Position numbers and translations under genes: made by a program. Shown here in pieces: positions 1 through 10,511 of a stretch of DNA of 62,851 nucleotides. The stretch spans positions 1 through 62,851 of the forward strand of contig JAFXIQ010000001.1 of assembly GCA_017533005.1 (NCBI GenBank). Reading direction: 5' to 3'. The DNA is from Clostridia bacterium. GTDB taxonomy: Bacteria; Bacillota; Clostridia; Christensenellales; DTU072. How positions within the stretch are numbered: position 1 is the stretch's first letter; the number at the start of each line of letters is the position of its first letter. The notes under the pieces are model-generated. The model saw only the letters and a program-made list of their open reading frames with translations, was not told the origin of the DNA and ran no database searches.

Positions 1-1358
1 CCTGCGATACCACCGGCTATTCCGAGTAGCTCAGCAGAATAAAATCTTCCTGCAATAACAACGCCTTTTCTTTCGACTTCTACAATGCCGTCGGATACTA
101 GATAGTATTCGCCCGTGTGGTCTACTTTGAAGGAGATTTTACCATCTTTTATGTCGGTAATTTCTGCAAGCGTCCAACTGTCGCCGTCCTTATAGAAGAC
201 TTTGCCGTATTCGTATTTATCGGGTATACCTATGGTAACTTCTACATCATCGGTTAGGGTTACTGCGCTCTCTTTACTATCTTGCGCGGTAAAAGTGAAT
301 GCAAATATGCCTGCGTTTTTATATGCAGATAACGTCTTTAGCTCTTCTGTTATTGAAGCTAATTCATCGTCAGTCTTATTGGTTTTACGCAAGAAAAAGT
401 CAATTTTCTCGCCCTTTTTAACGTTTCCTAAAGCTGATTTGGGAACGCTTATTGCGCTCATATTTGCGACACCAAAAAATTCGCCTTGAGCTTTTATAGT
501 GGTTTCAAAATCCCCGGCTATCGCACTATCTACTGCTTTTTTTGCATTTACGATTTCCGAACTAACCGGAGTCGTCGCGTTCAATGCTACTGATAGCGCG
601 TTATATGTGCTAATTACCTTGTTCCAACCGTTTTCCGAGTAATCTTCTCTATCAAGCGCCCTATACTTGGCAACGTAGTCTTCTATGTCTTTCCAATACG
701 TGCTAGCAGGATTGAAACAATCCACGCGTGAAGTGCGATTGCCAACGTTGTCTTCTGCGACAACGCCTATAGAATTCATTTTCAATAAGTTGGTATCGGG
801 GTGATATATATCAAGCACGTACGTATCCGCGCCACCTTCTAGCGTAAATTCATAAAAATGTACGTCTGCATACACCCTTCTTATTCCACTTCCTACACCA
901 CTATCTCTTGCAACTACGCTTATTGTTACAGGCTTTTCTGCTGTTAGGTCGATGGTTTTCTTGATTGTATTAAGCATCGTTCCCCTGTTCGGCGCATCAG
1001 TATCTATTTTCGTAACTTCTTTTTCAATATACGAAATTTCATTACTAGAATTTTTATAGTAAGCGCGTATGGTAGAATTACCAGATTTGTTTATCGAAAA
1101 CGTACCTAAATAATCATAAGTTTGTGAAATCGTGTTATCGGGATTTATAATACAATATTTTTTGTAAGTAGCATCGCTAGGATAGTCAATTCGTACGACT
1201 ACGCTCGTAGTCCATCCGTCACTAGGCATTAACACTATCGTAGGTTGATTAGCATCACTCGCTGCACTAGCTACAATACTCACACCCAAACCACTCGCAG
1301 TCACTGCGATTAAAATCGACGTTACGAATATAAATAATACCTTCGTTATCCTTTTCAT
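1..1358 (-). CDS. secreted/surface protein, 3' end cut by window edge (signal peptide, Ig-like beta domain)
   Basis: Absent from the ORF track because it has no stop in the window. My manual translation of the - strand from ATG 1358-1356 (MKRITKVLFIFVTSILIAVTASGLGVSIVASAASDANQPTIVLMPSDGW...) stays open to position 1. It has a hydrophobic signal peptide and an internal ...VTISVVARDSGVGSGIRRVY...VVAEDNVGNRTS... segment that looks Ig-like. It ends in hydrophobic ...AELLGIAGGIAG at the edge. Confidence 0.7.
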   Translation of the reverse strand, partial: MKRITKVLFIFVTSILIAVTASGLGVSIVASAASDANQPTIVLMPSDGWTTSVVVRIDYPSDATYKKYCIINPDNTISQTYDYLGTFSINKSGNSTIRAYYKNSSNEISYIEKEVTKIDTDAPNRGTMLNTIKKTIDLTAEKPVTISVVARDSGVGSGIRRVYADVHFYEFTLEGGADTYVLDIYHPDTNLLKMNSIGVVAEDNVGNRTSRVDCFNPASTYWKDIEDYVAKYRALDREDYSENGWNKVISTYNALSVALNATTPVSSEIVNAKKAVDSAIAGDFETTIKAQGEFFGVANMSAISVPKSALGNVKKGEKIDFFLRKTNKTDDELASITEELKTLSAYKNAGIFAFTFTAQDSKESAVTLTDDVEVTIGIPDKYEYGKVFYKDGDSWTLAEITDIKDGKISFKVDHTGEYYLVSDGIVEVERKGVVIAGRFYSAELLGIAGGIA

Positions 1359-1492
1359 ACTATATATTTTACCATAAATACGCGTGTATTTCAAGAGTTC
1401 TTGCCAACGACTTTTAATATTATATCAATATATATTTTGTAAACTTCACAGCATTTTTAGTCATAGTATGTAGTGTCAATAAGGAGATAAAA

Positions 1493-2488
1493 TTGAAACT
1501 AATTCTAAAAGTAACTACTATTATCATCATTTTTACGCTGTGCGCATTCGTGTTCGTAGGTTGTAACGAAAAGGACGCGTCTGTGGTTAAAGTAAACGAA
1601 GTAACACATTCAGTATTTTATGCACCTTTCTACGTTGCAATAAATAACGGATACTTCGAAGAAGAAGGACTAACCATTGAGTTAACCAACGGTGGTGGCT
1701 CGGATAAGTCTATGACTGCCGTTATGAGTGGTCAAGCAGATATCGGTCTCATGGGCCCTGAAACTGCCGTCTATGTCAAACTCGCAGGCTCAAATGATTA
1801 CCCGAAAGTGTTCGGCCAACTAACTCAAAAAGACGGCTCCTTCTTAATTGGCAGAACAAACCCAAACAACTTCTCTTGGTCATCGCTAGAAGGCTCCGAA
1901 ATTATAGGTGGTAGACCCGGTGGAATGCCCGCAATGTGCCTTGAATACGCACTATACAAGAACGGCTTAATTGACGGAGAAAACGTCACAATAAACTATG
2001 ACGTGCAATTCGACTTAATTACAGCGAGCTTCGAAAGTGGCATCGGCGACTACTGCACAATGTTCGAACCCGGTGCATCTCAATACGAAAAAAACGGTAA
2101 AGGTTACTCCATAACTTCAGTAGGTGCAGAAGCCGGTAAAGTACCATATACCTGCTTTATGGCTACTCAAAGCTATATAAACGATAACCCAAAGACCGTA
2201 GAAAGCTTTATGCGCGCAGTTATTAAAGGTATCGACTTCGTTATGGAAAGCGATGACTTAACCGTAGCTAACGCACTACTTCCTTCATTCCCCGCTACCG
2301 ATGTAGAAATTCTAGCAAGCTCCGTAAAAGCCTATAAAGCTATCGATTCTTGGAAGGCTTCTCCCGTTATGAGCGAAGAAGATTTTAACACACTTCTCGA
2401 CATTCTAGAATTTGCAGACGTCATTGACGAACGTGTTGCATTCAGCGACATTATCGATAACAGTATAGCGCAATCGCTAACAAAATAA
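1493..2488 (+). CDS. ABC transporter substrate-binding lipoprotein, NMT1/THI5-like (NitT/TauT family)
   Basis: TTG start 6 nt after AAGGAG (1481-1486). Lipoprotein signal ...FTLCAFVFVGC-NEK. The SVFYAPFYVAINNGYFEEEGL pattern is typical of NitT/TauT-type binding proteins. The cognate ATPase and permease follow directly. Confidence 0.8.
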   Translation: MKLILKVTTIIIIFTLCAFVFVGCNEKDASVVKVNEVTHSVFYAPFYVAINNGYFEEEGLTIELTNGGGSDKSMTAVMSGQADIGLMGPETAVYVKLAGSNDYPKVFGQLTQKDGSFLIGRTNPNNFSWSSLEGSEIIGGRPGGMPAMCLEYALYKNGLIDGENVTINYDVQFDLITASFESGIGDYCTMFEPGASQYEKNGKGYSITSVGAEAGKVPYTCFMATQSYINDNPKTVESFMRAVIKGIDFVMESDDLTVANALLPSFPATDVEILASSVKAYKAIDSWKASPVMSEEDFNTLLDILEFADVIDERVAFSDIIDNSIAQSLTK

Positions 2489-2499
2489 AAGGAGAAACA

Positions 2500-3264
2500 A
2501 TGGCACTACTCGAACTCAAAAACGTATCGCATATTTATCACAGCGAGCAAGGAGAAACCGAGGCGTTGAGAGATATAAGTTTCTCCGTAGAGCGAGAGGA
2601 GTTCGTTGCCATTGTCGGCCCGTCCGGCTGTGGAAAGTCAACTATTCTCTCTCTTCTCGCAGGACTTCTAAAACAGTCGTCGGGAAGTATACTTCTCGAT
2701 GGAAAGCCTATCGAAGAAACTCCCACGGCCACTTCTCTTATGCCACAACGCGACCAGCTCTTTGAATGGCGCAATATAAAAAACAACGTACTGTTAGGTC
2801 CGGAAATTATGCGTAACAAAACGCCTGAAATAATCGCATACGCAGACCGTCTACTAGAAAAGTATGGACTGATAGACTTCGCAAAAAAGAAACCTAGTGA
2901 GCTGTCGGGAGGCATGCGACAACGCGCTTCGCTCATAAGAACGCTAGTCACGTCTCCCGAGCTACTACTTCTAGACGAGCCCTTCTCTGCGCTCGACTTC
3001 CAAACGCGAATTAACGTATGCGACGACGTATCGCGCATAATCAAAGAAGAAAAACGCACTGCCATTCTAGTAACACACGACATTAACGAAGCAATTTCTA
3101 TGTCGGATAAAATTATCGTATTATCAAAGCGCCCTGCTCACGTAAAACGTATATTCAATATCGAGCTTGACAAGTCGCTACCGCCTATAAAAAGGCGTGA
3201 ACAAAAATCTTTTCCTATCTACTTCAAAATGATATGGAAAGAACTGGAGGACTATGATGAGTGA
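2500..3264 (+). CDS. ABC transporter ATP-binding protein (NitT/TauT family)
   Basis: Walker A GPSGCGKST, ABC signature LSGGMRQR, Walker B LLLLDEPFSALD, H-loop VTHD. SD GGAGAA upstream. Confidence 0.92.
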   Translation: MALLELKNVSHIYHSEQGETEALRDISFSVEREEFVAIVGPSGCGKSTILSLLAGLLKQSSGSILLDGKPIEETPTATSLMPQRDQLFEWRNIKNNVLLGPEIMRNKTPEIIAYADRLLEKYGLIDFAKKKPSELSGGMRQRASLIRTLVTSPELLLLDEPFSALDFQTRINVCDDVSRIIKEEKRTAILVTHDINEAISMSDKIIVLSKRPAHVKRIFNIELDKSLPPIKRREQKSFPIYFKMIWKELEDYDE

Positions 3265-4045
3265 AGAGCACGTTCAATATCTCAAAAAACAAAAAATACG
3301 GAAATTGGTTATCCGTATTATTCAAATTGGGTTGCTGATTTTCTTGTTCGGTTTATGGGAGTTATCAGCAGAACTCGGCTGGATAGACCCATTCATAACT
3401 AGTAGTCCTTCCCGCGTAGTTAAGTCTATTATAGAGTTAACGAGAACCGGAGAGCTCTTCAAACACATAGGTGCAACACTATGGGAAACCGTAGTTAGCT
3501 TCCTACTATCAACCGTTCTCGGCACACTTATCGCAATAGTTTTTTGGTGGAATTCCCTAGCTCGTGCAGTAAGTGAACCTTATCTTGTCGTGTTAAACGC
3601 TCTACCAAAAATCGCGCTCGGTCCCATAATAATTATTTGGGTAGGTGCAGGTGCTTCTGCAATAATAACTATGGCGTTGTTAATATCGCTCATAATTACG
3701 ATTATTAGTATGTTGTCGGGATTTTTATCGGTAGACAAGGAAAAAATTGAGCTTATGCGTGCAATGGGTGCGAACAAGTGGCAAATATTAGTTAAACTCG
3801 TAATCCCCTACAACATTCCCACTCTACTGTCAGTGCTAAAAATCAACGTCGGTTTGTCTTGGGTAGGTACGATTATGGGCGAATATATGGTTTCTCGCGA
3901 AGGTATAGGCTATCTTCTGGTTTACGGCTCACAAATCTTTAAACTTGACCTTGTAATGGCAAGCACTATTATGCTTTGCATCCTAGCTACACTTATGTAT
4001 CTCATAATTTCTCTCATAGAAAAACTCATTAGAAAATTCTTCTAG
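3254..4045 (+). CDS. ABC transporter permease
   Basis: Multi-TM protein with an EAA-type loop ELMRAMGANKWQILVKLVIPYNIP. Overlaps the ATPase stop by 11 nt (translational coupling). Ends in TAG. Confidence 0.9.
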   Translation: MMSEEHVQYLKKQKIRKLVIRIIQIGLLIFLFGLWELSAELGWIDPFITSSPSRVVKSIIELTRTGELFKHIGATLWETVVSFLLSTVLGTLIAIVFWWNSLARAVSEPYLVVLNALPKIALGPIIIIWVGAGASAIITMALLISLIITIISMLSGFLSVDKEKIELMRAMGANKWQILVKLVIPYNIPTLLSVLKINVGLSWVGTIMGEYMVSREGIGYLLVYGSQIFKLDLVMASTIMLCILATLMYLIISLIEKLIRKFF

Positions 4046-4078
4046 CATAGTTAAGAGCGTGGATAAATAGTATATACT

Positions 4079-5035
4079 ATGACTTCACGCTCTTTTAAAC
4101 TATCACTTGCTTTCGTTGGAACCTTTATTGGTGCAGGATTTGCAACAGGAAAGGAAATCTGTTCTTTTTTCGCTAATTCTAGCATATTTACTACCATATT
4201 AGCAGGACTGCTTTGTGGAGCTTTCGGCTACGTTTTCATGGAAATCGGCAGAAAAACAAGGGGCGAAATCTTCAAAATTATGCCTAATTCGCTCTCTATC
4301 GCGTTATCAGCTATGACTAAACTTATCAGTTTAGTGGTGCTAACTAGTATGATTGCCTCTACCACACAGATTATTGAAGAAAATTTCAACGTTCTCGGTA
4401 TGGGATTTCTAGTGGGACTAATTGGGCTTGTAATTTCATCAACCGGCACTAAATGGGTAGCAAAAATTAATGCAATCATCGTTCCATTCGTAACTGTTTT
4501 CGTAATAATTCTATTCATTATGGCACAAAACTTCAATTTAAGTGGCGATTTCAATTTATCTTCTCCTTTCCTTTACGCGGGAATGAACGTACTTGCTTCG
4601 GGGATTATTTCTAGCAAATTGTCACGAGATTTAGCAAAAAAAGAAGTGGTATGCGCATCCATTTTTTCGGGAATAATTTTAGCCGTACTTCTGACTATAG
4701 TGTTACTAGCTACAAGAAACGTTAGCTCTGCAGATATGCCTATCATTACCCTAGCAACTGTGTTTAAACTAAAAAGCATCTCTACCATTATCGTTTTTGT
4801 TGCCATTTTTACCACTCTTACATCCACTATGAATATAGTGAGCGATGGGAAAATCGTTCACGGCATAGTTGCTCTCTTTGTTGCTACGGTTTTTTCTTTC
4901 TTCGGCTTTTCGCGTATAGTTTCTTACGCTTACCCCGTAGTCGGGCTCGCTAGCATCGTCGTATTGCTCGCACTAATACTAGCTCTATTTATTAGCGCGC
5001 GTATAATTAAGGTAAATTCACGAATAAGTAGTTGA
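4079..5035 (+). CDS. YkvI-family polytopic membrane protein (putative transporter)
   Basis: About 10 hydrophobic segments. The N-terminal motif VGTFIGAGFATGKEICSFF matches my recollection of the YkvI family signature (GAGFASGQEI). Confidence 0.6.
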   Translation: MTSRSFKLSLAFVGTFIGAGFATGKEICSFFANSSIFTTILAGLLCGAFGYVFMEIGRKTRGEIFKIMPNSLSIALSAMTKLISLVVLTSMIASTTQIIEENFNVLGMGFLVGLIGLVISSTGTKWVAKINAIIVPFVTVFVIILFIMAQNFNLSGDFNLSSPFLYAGMNVLASGIISSKLSRDLAKKEVVCASIFSGIILAVLLTIVLLATRNVSSADMPIITLATVFKLKSISTIIVFVAIFTTLTSTMNIVSDGKIVHGIVALFVATVFSFFGFSRIVSYAYPVVGLASIVVLLALILALFISARIIKVNSRISS

Positions 5036-5061
5036 AATTATAGGGGGTATTTGATACAATA

Positions 5062-5970
5062 ATGATTAACATTGAGAATTTTCTCGCAGAGAAAAACATC
5101 GATTACGAATATGACGTTTCGGCAGAAAAGTTATCAACCTACAAGGGTGGTGGGATTGTAAAACTCGTTATATCTCCAAACGACCATAATATCAATGAAT
5201 CGTTAGCTATTGTTAGGGACTTTCCACACTATTTTCTTGGCAACGGTAGCAACACTCTCATTGATGATTACGGTTTCGATGGTGTTGTCGTCTGCACTAA
5301 AAACTTAAACACTATTGTTCGTGACAACAACGAATTCACCGTCGGCGCAGGCACTCTTATCCCCTATTTAAACGCATATTTAGAGCGACTTAACTTATCG
5401 GGATTAGAAAGGTTGTCGGGAATTCCTGCGAGTTTGGGTGGCGCCTGTGTTATGAATGCGGGAGCATACGGCATCGAAATCTGCGAATTTATCAAAGAAA
5501 TAACTTGTTATGACCTTGCAACGCAACGCGAACTTACTATAGGTGCAAAAGATATAGCTTTTTCGTATAGAAGTTCGGGGGACTCGTTCAAAAACGCATT
5601 CATTAAAAGCGTTAAACTCACAGGGTTTACACAAGGATACGATGCGAGTCTTTCGAGAGCTTTGCGAGAAAAAAGACGCAATTCTCAACCTAACAAGCCC
5701 TCACTCGGCTCGGTTTTTAAGTCAACAACACTCCCCGCAGGGTATCTTATCGATAAATGCGGGCTAAAAGGTACGCGCGCGAAGTGCGCGCAAATATCCC
5801 CTACACACGCGAACTTCATCGTGAACAACGGCGGTGGAAGCGCAAGCGACTATTTGACATTATTAGCTATTGCACGCGATACCGTTAAACGAAGGTTCGG
5901 CATCACTCTCACGCCAGAAATAAAAATACTAACGAATAGAAAAGAAATATGGGAATTTACGACACAATAA
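5062..5970 (+). CDS. murB: UDP-N-acetylenolpyruvoylglucosamine reductase
   Basis: FAD-binding GNGSNTLI, GLERLSGIPASLGGACVMNAGAYG, FSYRSS, SLGSVFK, AGYLIDKCGLKG and THANFIVN motifs are characteristic of MurB. Confidence 0.92.
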   Translation: MINIENFLAEKNIDYEYDVSAEKLSTYKGGGIVKLVISPNDHNINESLAIVRDFPHYFLGNGSNTLIDDYGFDGVVVCTKNLNTIVRDNNEFTVGAGTLIPYLNAYLERLNLSGLERLSGIPASLGGACVMNAGAYGIEICEFIKEITCYDLATQRELTIGAKDIAFSYRSSGDSFKNAFIKSVKLTGFTQGYDASLSRALREKRRNSQPNKPSLGSVFKSTTLPAGYLIDKCGLKGTRAKCAQISPTHANFIVNNGGGSASDYLTLLAIARDTVKRRFGITLTPEIKILTNRKEIWEFTTQ

Positions 5971-6929
5971 AAAGAGAATTACTAGATTCCAAGTTCCACG
6001 CAGGATGCTGTAAACGCGCGTTTCTATCGGGCGTTATCCGTGGAGCAGGTTCTTTGTATATAAAAAAGGACGGTTTTGGTCTAGTTATTCAACATTCTTC
6101 TCTTGAGCTTCTTGACAAGTGCTCTTACGTCGTAAAAAGTTTAACCGGAACGGTTCCCGATTGCTATCAAAAAGAAAAAGATAGACGACTAGGCACAAAA
6201 GTGGTTTATGAACTTCTTTTCCCCGAAGAATTCGCAAGTAAACTGCTAAAAGACACTTGGATTTGTCCTAGCCCGTATGAGATTATCGACGGCATCGCTC
6301 CCGAAATAATTGCAAACGAATGCTGTAAACGCTCGTTCTTAAAAGGCTTATTCCTTGCATCAGGGGCGCTCTCACTGCCGTCTTGGAATAGTGACGACCA
6401 CAGTAACAGCAATAACGGTTATCATCTAGAAATGTCGGTAACGTCGGAAAGCGTAGCTGAAGATTTACTACCACTATTACTAACGTTCGGTATTGATGCA
6501 AAAATGCGTATGAGAAAAAATATTTTCTCCGTATATCTCAAAAATGCCGAAAAAATATCCGATTTCTTTGCTTTAATCGGTGCAATCCAAGGACTTTTCG
6601 AGCTACAAGAGCTTATCGCAGAGCGTTGGACAAGCAACAATATCAATCGCACGCAAAACTGTGAAATGGCGAATTTTGATAAGATGGCGCAGGCTTCTAG
6701 CAAACAAATCGTGGCGATTTCTAGAATTATTGACCTAAAAGGAATAGATTATCTAGACAGTCCTTTGCGAGAAACGGCTCACGCAAGACTAGAAAATCCC
6801 GATGCGCCACTCTCGCGATTGTCTGAATTACTACCCGACCATCCATCGAAAAGTGGATTAAATCACAGACTAAAGAAAATTATACAAATAGCAGAACAAC
6901 TAGAAGGAGAAAATGATAATGGGAACTAA
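5949..6929 (+). CDS. whiA: DNA-binding protein WhiA
   Basis: N-terminal ...CCKRAFLSGVIRGAGS..., a degenerate LAGLIDADG-like middle (CCKRSFLKGLFLASGAL) and a C-terminal HTH (SGLNHRLKKI) are typical of WhiA. Overlaps the murB stop by 22 nt. Confidence 0.85.
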   Translation: MGIYDTIKRELLDSKFHAGCCKRAFLSGVIRGAGSLYIKKDGFGLVIQHSSLELLDKCSYVVKSLTGTVPDCYQKEKDRRLGTKVVYELLFPEEFASKLLKDTWICPSPYEIIDGIAPEIIANECCKRSFLKGLFLASGALSLPSWNSDDHSNSNNGYHLEMSVTSESVAEDLLPLLLTFGIDAKMRMRKNIFSVYLKNAEKISDFFALIGAIQGLFELQELIAERWTSNNINRTQNCEMANFDKMAQASSKQIVAISRIIDLKGIDYLDSPLRETAHARLENPDAPLSRLSELLPDHPSKSGLNHRLKKIIQIAEQLEGENDNGN

Positions 6930-9900
6930 TGAAAATGCGAATAAAAGACCTTTTATACATTTGCACGTTCATACCGAATACAGCCTTCTAGACGGTGCTG
7001 CAAAAATCGGTAAACTCGTCGACAATGTAATTAAGCAAGGTGCTCCTGCTATCGCTATGACTGACCACGGCAATATGTATGGTGCAATACAATTCTACGA
7101 CACTTGTAAAGCAAAAGGCATTAAGCCTATAATCGGTTGCGAGCTCTACGTCGTTGACGATATGTATAGAAAAGAAGGTCGTATCAATGACGAAAGCAAC
7201 AAGCCCTATCACTTGGTGCTACTAGCAAAAAGCCATAAGGGCTTCATGAATATCTCGAAGCTCTCTTCTTTGGCATACATAGAAGGTCAATATTACAAGC
7301 CTAGAATAGACCTTGAACACTTAAAAGATTACACCGAAGACGTAATTTGCTTATCTGCGTGTCTAGCAGGTGCAATTCCTAGACTTCTACTCAAAAACGA
7401 CTACGAAGGCGCAAAAGAATATGCTCTTAAGCTTAAATCGATGTTTGCTGAAGGCGATTTCTATATCGAACTTCAAAACCACGGGCTTCCTGAACAGCAC
7501 GAAACAAACCCACTACTCGTCAAAATCGCTCGCGAAATCGGCGTTAAGTGCGTAGCAACTAACGACGTTCACTATATCAACAGAAGCGACAGCGAAATGC
7601 AAGACATACTGCTATGTATACAAACCGGTAAGTATGAAGACGACGTGGATAGAATGCGCTTCCCTAACGATGAATTTTACTTGAAAAATCGTGAAGAAAT
7701 GGAAGAAGTGCTAGGTTGGTGTGAAGAAGCACTAGAAACCCCTTATGAAATTATCGATAAGTGCGATATTAAGTTCGTTTATAACGAATATCAACTACCG
7801 GACTATCCTTGTCCTAGAAATTTAACCCCTGCTGAATACCTACGTGAGTTAACCTATGAAGGACTAGAAAGAAGATACGGTACTATTACCGACGAAATTA
7901 AAGAACGTGCAGAAACAGAACTCGACGTTATTATTAGTATGGGATTCCCGCAATACTACCTGATTGTTTGGGATTTCATTTTCTGGGCCCGCGCTAACGA
8001 TATTCCCGTAGGTTACGGTCGTGGCAGTGGTGTTGGTAGTATCGTCGCTTACGCCATAGGTATTACTAACGTCGACCCGTTGAAGTACGACTTGATTTTC
8101 GAGAGATTTTTGAATAAAGATAGAACTTCTATGCCCGACTTCGATATCGATATCTGCTTCGATAGACGTGGCGAAGTTATTCAATACGTTAAAAATAAGT
8201 ACGGTGCCGACCATATCAGCCAAATTATTACCTTCGGTAAAATGAAGAAAAAGCAAGCAATTAAGGACGTTGCTCGCGTTTTCCGCTTGCCTTTCTCCGA
8301 AGTATCCACTCTTACTAAAAACATCGACTTCGGTGGTGACGATAAAAAGGTCCACATAATGGATATGCTCACCCCGAACGGAAAGTATTGTGTAAACGAG
8401 CTTCTGGAATTATACAATACCAATCCACAATACAAAAAAATCCTAGATATTGCTGCGCAAATCGAAGATATGCCAAGAAATACCGGTATGCACGCTGCCG
8501 GCGTAGTTATTTACAAGAACCCTGCAATGGAAACCATTCCACTTGCAAAAAACGGCGATGAAATAACCACTCAATTCAATATGATTGAAGTTGAAAAGCT
8601 AGGTCTATTGAAGATGGACTTTCTCGCTCTAATGACGCTCACCGACATTAAACGCGCGCACGACTACGTATTGAAAGCGCATGGAGTGGACGTCGATTTC
8701 GATAAATTAGGTTACGACGATGAAGAAACTTACAAGATGATTTCAGCAGGCGATACAGCTGCCGTATTCCAACTTGAAAACGGCGGTATGCGTAAGTTTA
8801 TGTCAAAGTTTACGCCAAGAAACCTTGAAGATATTATCGCAGGTATTTCCCTATACCGTCCCGGTCCTATGGATAATATCCCACAATTTATCGAGAACCG
8901 TTTGCACCCTGAAAATATTCCCTATAAGCATCATTCTCTCGAACCTATTCTTAACGTTACGAGTGGTATTATGGTTTATCAAGAACAAGCTATGATGATT
9001 ACTCGTAAACTTGCTGGTTACGATATGACGCGTGCAGACGCTTTCCGTGCTATTATAAGCAAGAAAAAGGTGGATAAAATCCCCATTGAACGTGAAGTTT
9101 TCGTACACGGCTTGCGTGAAAAATCCGACGACCCTAATAAACGTGGCGACTTCGTTCGCGATGCAAACGGCAATATAAAAATACCCGGTTGTATAGAAAA
9201 CGGCATTCCTGAAGACATTGCTCTCGCAGTTTTTGCCGAAATGGAAAAGTTTGCGTCCTACGCTTTTAACAAGTCGCACGCTGCTGCTTATGCGGTTTTG
9301 AGCTATATCACGGCATATTATAAACGCTATTACCCTGTAGAGTTTATGGCTGCCGTTATCAATAACCGTATAGATAAACCCGACGACACCAAAAAATATA
9401 TGGCTGTTCTCAAGGATATGGGTATAGCTATTTTGCAACCCGATATCAATAAGTCCTTCCCCTATTTCTCGCCTGAAATCAACAGCATTCGTTACGGTCT
9501 AGCTTGTATTAAAAACGTCGGCATGTCGGCTATGGAAGAAGCTATTAAAGAACGTGAAACTAACGGTCTATATAAAGATTTGTACGACTTCATCTATAGA
9601 AACCGTGCTCGTTTAAATAAACGTATGATAGAATGTCTAATACGCGGTGGCGCGTTCGACTGCTTCGGAATGTCTAGAGCTACTCTTATCGCAAATTACG
9701 AACAAATTATATCTTTCGTAGATGCTAAAAAGAAACGTGAAAATAGTGACCAACTAGACTTATTCGCTATGCTTGGCGAAGAAGAAGTCGGATATAAATA
9801 CGACATAATAAAAGAATACTCCAATCGTGACAAGCTTCTTGCAGAAAAAGAACTACTAGGTATGTACGTTACCGGACACCCCTTAGCTGGCTACGAAAAG

Positions 9901-10509
9901 GAATTTGAAGATTTTAACTTCAATACGTCTATGCTACCTAAACAAAACGCTGAAAGCGATGACGAAGACGAAGAAAATCTCAATGAACTTCAAGAAGAAA
10001 GCTCTATCTACGATAATATGGAAGTTAGAACGGGTGGACTTATCACCGACGTCAGCATCAAACGTACGCGCGACGGTAAAGAAATGGCTATCATAACGGT
10101 AGAAGATATGTACGACCGTATAGAAGTCATAATTATGGCTCGCGCCCTACTCTCCGTCAAAAAGCACTTAAAGACCGAAACGCTAGTTAGACTAAACGGC
10201 AGGCTATCGTTACGAGATGGTGAAGCGCGTATCTACTGCTCAAACCTTGCTCCATGGGACCTAACCGAGCACGAAGAGGAACCTAAAATACTAGATTCTA
10301 GAACATTGTACTTCTTGCTCCCCGAGGAAGAAGCCGATGATAAATTAGAGCGAATTAGAAAAATATTAAAAGCGCACCCTGGAGAAAATCAAGTTAAGTT
10401 CCAATACAAAAAACAAATATATGAACTAGAAACAAAAGTCAACAACCTCGAACAAGTAGGTAAAGAAATCGCCGGAATTTTAGGCCCACAAGCAATTAAA
10501 ATCTTCTAA
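6913..10509 (+). CDS. dnaE: DNA polymerase III alpha subunit (DnaE type)
   Basis: PHP domain FIHLHVHTEYSLLDGA, polymerase core GRGSGVGSIVAY...PDFDIDF-like (MPDFDIDICF), a C-terminal OB region, 1198 aa. The second ATG at 6919 has better spacing to AAGGAGA (6904-6910) and may be the true start. Confidence 0.95.
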   Translation: MIMGTNENANKRPFIHLHVHTEYSLLDGAAKIGKLVDNVIKQGAPAIAMTDHGNMYGAIQFYDTCKAKGIKPIIGCELYVVDDMYRKEGRINDESNKPYHLVLLAKSHKGFMNISKLSSLAYIEGQYYKPRIDLEHLKDYTEDVICLSACLAGAIPRLLLKNDYEGAKEYALKLKSMFAEGDFYIELQNHGLPEQHETNPLLVKIAREIGVKCVATNDVHYINRSDSEMQDILLCIQTGKYEDDVDRMRFPNDEFYLKNREEMEEVLGWCEEALETPYEIIDKCDIKFVYNEYQLPDYPCPRNLTPAEYLRELTYEGLERRYGTITDEIKERAETELDVIISMGFPQYYLIVWDFIFWARANDIPVGYGRGSGVGSIVAYAIGITNVDPLKYDLIFERFLNKDRTSMPDFDIDICFDRRGEVIQYVKNKYGADHISQIITFGKMKKKQAIKDVARVFRLPFSEVSTLTKNIDFGGDDKKVHIMDMLTPNGKYCVNELLELYNTNPQYKKILDIAAQIEDMPRNTGMHAAGVVIYKNPAMETIPLAKNGDEITTQFNMIEVEKLGLLKMDFLALMTLTDIKRAHDYVLKAHGVDVDFDKLGYDDEETYKMISAGDTAAVFQLENGGMRKFMSKFTPRNLEDIIAGISLYRPGPMDNIPQFIENRLHPENIPYKHHSLEPILNVTSGIMVYQEQAMMITRKLAGYDMTRADAFRAIISKKKVDKIPIEREVFVHGLREKSDDPNKRGDFVRDANGNIKIPGCIENGIPEDIALAVFAEMEKFASYAFNKSHAAAYAVLSYITAYYKRYYPVEFMAAVINNRIDKPDDTKKYMAVLKDMGIAILQPDINKSFPYFSPEINSIRYGLACIKNVGMSAMEEAIKERETNGLYKDLYDFIYRNRARLNKRMIECLIRGGAFDCFGMSRATLIANYEQIISFVDAKKKRENSDQLDLFAMLGEEEVGYKYDIIKEYSNRDKLLAEKELLGMYVTGHPLAGYEKEFEDFNFNTSMLPKQNAESDDEDEENLNELQEESSIYDNMEVRTGGLITDVSIKRTRDGKEMAIITVEDMYDRIEVIIMARALLSVKKHLKTETLVRLNGRLSLRDGEARIYCSNLAPWDLTEHEEEPKILDSRTLYFLLPEEEADDKLERIRKILKAHPGENQVKFQYKKQIYELETKVNNLEQVGKEIAGILGPQAIKIF

Positions 10510-10511
10510 TT

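Noticed and set aside
202-489. 95-aa + strand ORF from the track
   Set aside because: It lies entirely inside the long - strand ORF (1-1358) that I translated manually. It has no SD and its composition is the mirror of the opposite strand, so it is most likely spurious.
1359-1492. Possible TPP riboswitch upstream of the THI5/NMT1-like ABC importer
   Set aside because: I looked for the conserved CTGAGA ... ACCTGATCTGGATAATGCCAGCG-type elements and found none. The leader is AT-rich and too short.
2538-3083. 181-aa - strand ORF antisense to the ABC ATPase gene
   Set aside because: A typical shadow ORF of a well-supported gene (Walker/signature motifs on the + strand). Ser/Arg-rich low-complexity translation.
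7864-9438. 163-, 84-, 195- and 66-aa - strand ORFs inside dnaE
   Set aside because: They are antisense to a clearly intact dnaE, with no ribosome-binding sites and odd composition.
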